Positions 7,678 to 8,659 of a stretch of 8,659 nucleotides of DNA are shown here, piece after piece. Positions within the stretch are counted from its first letter, which is position 1, and each line of letters begins with the position of its first letter. Location of the stretch: the NCBI RefSeq assembly GCF_006345805.1, contig NW_021828421.1:1-8659 (forward strand). Reading direction: 5' to 3'. The position numbers were made by a program, and so were the translations under genes. The notes beneath the pieces were generated by a model, which was not told the origin of the DNA, ran no database searches, and was given only the letters and a program-made list of their open reading frames with translations. The DNA comes from Octopus sinensis (Eukaryota).

Positions 7678-7745
7678 ACTTCCCTGGTGTAATGGCAACA
7701 CACTTATTCGTGTTAACAAAGGGTTGTGGGTTCGAGTTTCAGGCA
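7678..7745 (+). pseudogene. tRNA-like relic (A and B boxes at tRNA spacing, stems decayed)
   Basis: tggtgtaatgg (7685-7695) and ggttcgagt (7729-7737), with 45 nt from T8 to G53 equivalents. The D-arm resembles tRNA-Gln (tggtgtaatggttagcac). Acceptor and anticodon stems do not pair. Confidence 0.5.
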
Positions 7746-7852
7746 GTAATATTAGCATTAAACAGCTATTCAATAAATTCATAATTATGTTAGAGGATAC
7801 ACAAAGCACCAGCTTGCTAGAGAGTGAAAGTTGGTATATATATATATATATA

Positions 7853-8040
7853 GGGAAAGTTTACGAAAACAAAAGACGAAGACAGGTGGTGTATAAAACA
7901 AACAGATGTATTAGTATAACGCTCAGGAATAGAAAAAAGTCTTTTACGTTTCGAGCCTACGCTCTTCTACAGAGAGGGAAACAGAAAAAAACAAGGAAAG
8001 AAAGAAATGTGTGTAGTGGCTAACTATCCATCAAGGCGAC
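7853..8040 (-). mobile_element. Probable Penelope-like element terminal fragment in a (TA)n site
   Basis: Bounded by TA runs (7835-7852, 8043-8051) and carries a minimal hammerhead-type motif with GAAACGT, typical of PLE terminal repeats. No coding part visible. Confidence 0.55.
7941..7976 (-). ncRNA. Variant minimal type-I hammerhead ribozyme motif (probably inactive in this copy)
   Basis: CUCU-CUGUAGA-A-GAGC(GUAG)GCUC-GAA-ACGU-A/AAAG: perfect stem II, GAAA box, palindromic ACGU stem III, GUA triplet, stem I 3 of 4 bp; core A6 is replaced by U. Confidence 0.6.
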
Positions 8041-8056
8041 TGTATATATATACACA

Positions 8057-8230
8057 AAAGGGCTTCCACGTAGTTTCCGTTTTCTAAATTCATTCACAAA
8101 GCATTGATCCATCGGTCGACCTGTGGCTATAGTAGAAGGCAGATGCTAAGGTGCTGCGTGGAGGGACTGAACCAGAAACAACTAGTTTGCAAAGCAATCT
8201 CCTTAAGCACACACAACCACGTCTGCGCCT
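8057..8230 (-). mobile_element. Family-B SINE head (5' half)
   Basis: Minus strand aggcgcagacgtggttgtgtgctt...ggttcagtccc...gcacctt agcatctgccttctactatagcc..ggtcgacc; aligns with 5660-5830 and 5924-6090. Confidence 0.82.
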
Positions 8231-8659
8231 AGTTTACAAAAACTGCAATTATTCCAATCTTGAATGGCTTACACCTATCTTCGTTTCCCGGAAAAATAAT
8301 TGCACCAGATCTTAAGCATCAGAATCATTCTCAAGATAAAATGACAAAATTTCTAATTGGACGGTATTTCAATGCTCAGAAACCGAATGCTATAACGGTC
8401 TTAATATTATATCTTCACAACGAACCTGGCTATAAGAAGCCATTGGAAAGCACTATTTTATGAAAATGTATCTTGTAAATTTGAATACAGTCACAGAGCC
8501 TTCAATGGAAATATGATCAGGTCACTGATATCTGGTACTCGAACATATTACTGTAATAAACAGATATGGCGCAAAACGGAATGTTGTGCTCATTGCAATT
8601 TCCGACGCTATCTCTCTTACCTGTCTCTCGTTCTCCCTCTTTGTATGCCTGTATCTCTC

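Noticed and set aside
8285-8293. Perfect STAT/GAS motif TTCCCGGAA
   Set aside because: Single 9-mer without supporting context.
8617-8624. Minus-strand CAG|GTAAG splice donor
   Set aside because: Isolated motif in a degenerate purine/pyrimidine tract with no supportable exon in the window.

Overview
Eukaryotic non-coding DNA (intron or intergenic) with no supportable intact protein-coding gene. Every ORF in the track is a microsatellite read-through or an out-of-frame translation of a repeat. The repeat families look to me like those of Octopus (coleoid cephalopod) genomes; this is recognition from memory, not a database result. Contents: (i) tRNA-headed SINE 'family A' (my label), including a head-to-tail array at 492-1335 that reuses one junction, and a copy with a different 3' tail at 4628-4804; (ii) a second tRNA/CORE-like SINE 'family B' with a central microsatellite, in about 6 whole or partial copies; (iii) a 224-bp mariner MITE with TA duplication that keeps a frameshifted transposase C-terminus; (iv) a ~340-bp fold-back element with a 42-bp SINE tail inserted in one arm; (v) a Penelope-like terminal fragment carrying a variant minimal hammerhead-ribozyme motif (7941-7976, minus strand); (vi) a tRNA-like relic, many compound microsatellites and a few unique AT-rich blocks. 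I see no new protein-based system. The best leads are at RNA and retroposon level: the variant hammerhead, the fixed-junction SINE concatemer and the long hairpin.
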